From Psittacicella sp. (GTDB taxonomy: Bacteria > Pseudomonadota > Gammaproteobacteria > Enterobacterales > JAWXTV01), in contig JAWXTV010000001.1 of the NCBI GenBank assembly GCA_044433245.1, positions 1 through 55,025 on the forward strand: a DNA stretch of 55,025 nucleotides, in the 5' to 3' direction. Both the position numbers and the translations under genes were made by a program. Below the pieces are notes generated by a model. It had not been told where the DNA came from and made no database searches. It worked only from the letters and a program-made list of their open reading frames with translations. How positions within the stretch are numbered: position 1 is the first letter of the stretch; each line of letters starts with the position of its first letter. Positions 54,815-55,025 of this stretch are shown in pieces.

Positions 54815-54957
54815 CTATTGTGCAGATACAGCAATCATCATACTAATTATTTTACAAAGTATAACTGAGCTTAACTTATAACCCTAGTATCATATCCAAA
54901 TAGAAATCCCATAAAGGATGATATTGAGGCTATTAATAATAAGATTTTATTATTCAT
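54815..54957 (-). pseudogene. decayed 5' remnant of an MFS sugar-porter gene
   Basis: After an AAGGA Shine-Dalgarno, the ATG at 54957 opens MNNKILLLIASISSFMGFLFGYDTRVIS*. This contains the sugar-porter TM1 signature G-x-LFGYD-T-x-VIS(GA), cut by TAA at 54871-54873. A shifted frame downstream reads IISMMIAVSAQ*, reminiscent of sugar-porter TM2. Stops then occur in all frames down to ndh. Confidence 0.5.
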
Positions 54958-55025
54958 ATATTCCTTAGGAGATAATGTATTTAGATTAAAATTTAATATT
55001 GCTATTATGAAAGTTTCAATATGGA

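Noticed and set aside
55007-55025. Possible gene start ATGAAAGTTTCAATATGGA at the right-hand window edge.
   Set aside because: Only 6 codons are visible, no Shine-Dalgarno is present and it cannot be evaluated within this window.

Overview
The window is a gene-dense, visibly very AT-rich chromosomal core segment (G+C not computed). It looks gammaproteobacterial. About 50 intact protein genes are almost all recognisable housekeeping functions, and several blocks keep E. coli-like microsynteny: mnmG-rsmG, gpt/pepD, nudE-hslR-hslO, waaA-coaD / mutM / rpmG-rpmB, yibN-secB-gpsA and tamA-tamB. Also present are prfB, queC, gyrB, a CDF metal exporter, dsbA, dsbC, trmA, rsmJ, pyrG, clsA, plsB, uvrD, rluA, a cysQ-zwf-pgl-gnd pentose-phosphate block, priA, rpmE, grxD, trmL, gpmA, talB and ndh. 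I found no rRNA or tRNA genes, CRISPR array, IS element, integrase or phage gene, and no recognisable defence or secretion island. By eye this is an ordinary core region, not an accessory island, and I cannot support a clearly novel multi-gene system. The points worth a second look are modest. (1) A plant/fungal-type P3A H+-ATPase sits as an isolated cistron. (2) An unrecognisable 335-aa protein plus an 89-aa 3-TM protein lie inside the conserved coaD/mutM neighbourhood. (3) A (TAAC)8 microsatellite, a long hairpin and an orphan perfect Shine-Dalgarno sequence lie between plsB and an arsC-qseB-qseC-like operon. (4) A decayed MFS sugar-porter pseudogene sits in a ~560-nt non-coding stretch upstream of ndh. 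(5) prfB lacks the programmed +1 frameshift. (6) A repeated ATTGTAA operator-like motif lies in the gpt/pepD divergent promoter. (7) rpmG is missing from the supplied ORF track. The AT-richness, pseudogene, overlapping convergent genes and tight packing are compatible with a reduced, possibly host-associated lineage, but that is inference only.
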